64,000 bases of DNA. Source: an uncultured Candidatus Saccharibacteria bacterium. GTDB taxonomy: Bacteria; Patescibacteriota; Minisyncoccia; Phycocordibacterales; UBA918. The stretch's first letter is position 1; every line of letters starts with the position of its first letter. The translations under genes were made by a program, and so were the position numbers. The notes beneath the pieces are model-generated. The model was not told the DNA's origin and searched no databases. It saw only the letters and a list, made by a program, of their open reading frames with translations. Positions 63,845-64,000 of this stretch are shown here, one piece after another. The stretch lies in NCBI GenBank assembly GCA_964353135.1, contig CAYGTV010000004.1, forward strand, positions 3,963 to 67,962. The letters run 5' to 3'.

Positions 63845-64000
63845 TAGATGACTCCGATTCAAATTACGATTACTACAGTTTACAAAATATTATAGAAACA
63901 GTTGTTTGTAAAGTTTTTTTATTTTACCTCGAGCTGTTTGAGGAAGTCCTTGAGTTCAGCTGGTTCTAGTTTTCGATACTGGTTAGGTTTCAGCTTACCG

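Noticed and set aside
1-64000. CRISPR arrays, rRNA genes, transposases/IS elements, integrases
   Set aside because: No regularly spaced short direct repeats were seen. No 16S/23S/5S-like conserved stretches. No DDE or tyrosine/serine recombinase-like ORFs among the six-frame translations. The tRNA-Gln-adjacent repeat has no recognisable integrase nearby.

Overview
The window reads as a compact bacterial chromosome segment of moderate GC, made of short, tightly packed genes. Many genes sit 6-9 nt downstream of TGnTACAAT -10 boxes, which suggests leaderless mRNAs. Short housekeeping proteins (a 343-aa DnaX, a 277-aa MutY-like glycosylase) and many small secreted or membrane hypotheticals fit a reduced-genome lineage such as Patescibacteria/Saccharibacteria. 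That placement is inference only.

The core genes are recognisable. They include topA-dprA, serS, ftsQ-like, dus, dnaX, two histidine phosphatases, tdk, rsgA, two DsbA-like oxidoreductases, mltG, dgkA, a P-type ATPase, a class II photolyase, a MutY-like glycosylase, RNase J, an oligopeptide-type SBP, secG, groES/groEL, lemA-htpX, typA/bipA, a CNNM/CorC-type CBS protein, an AlkD-like enzyme and an M23 peptidase.

RNA genes are tRNA-Gln(CTG), tRNA-Ser(GGA) and a tmRNA (ssrA). The ssrA gene appears circularly permuted (two-piece): the T-arm/acceptor-3'-CCA half lies about 30 nt upstream of the GGGG 5' half that carries the tag ORF.

The main hunt findings are:
- A permuted tmRNA.
- A tRNA-Gln locus whose 3' end is duplicated about 200 bp downstream, with a hairpin-rich element in between that also holds the inverse complement of the T-arm. 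An AT-rich two-gene cassette follows, made of a membrane-anchored hypothetical and a HEPN-like protein.
- An AT-rich three-gene amide-ligase cluster: a standalone Mur-ligase-domain protein plus two ATP-grasp enzymes. It resembles a disassembled cyanophycin-synthetase or poly-amino-acid ligase system.
- An RNase J with an about 110-aa Arg/Gly/Pro-rich N-terminal extension.
- A bactofilin-like beta-helical protein fused to a multi-pass membrane domain.
- A leucine-rich-repeat surface protein.

No CRISPR array, rRNA, transposase or integrase was seen.
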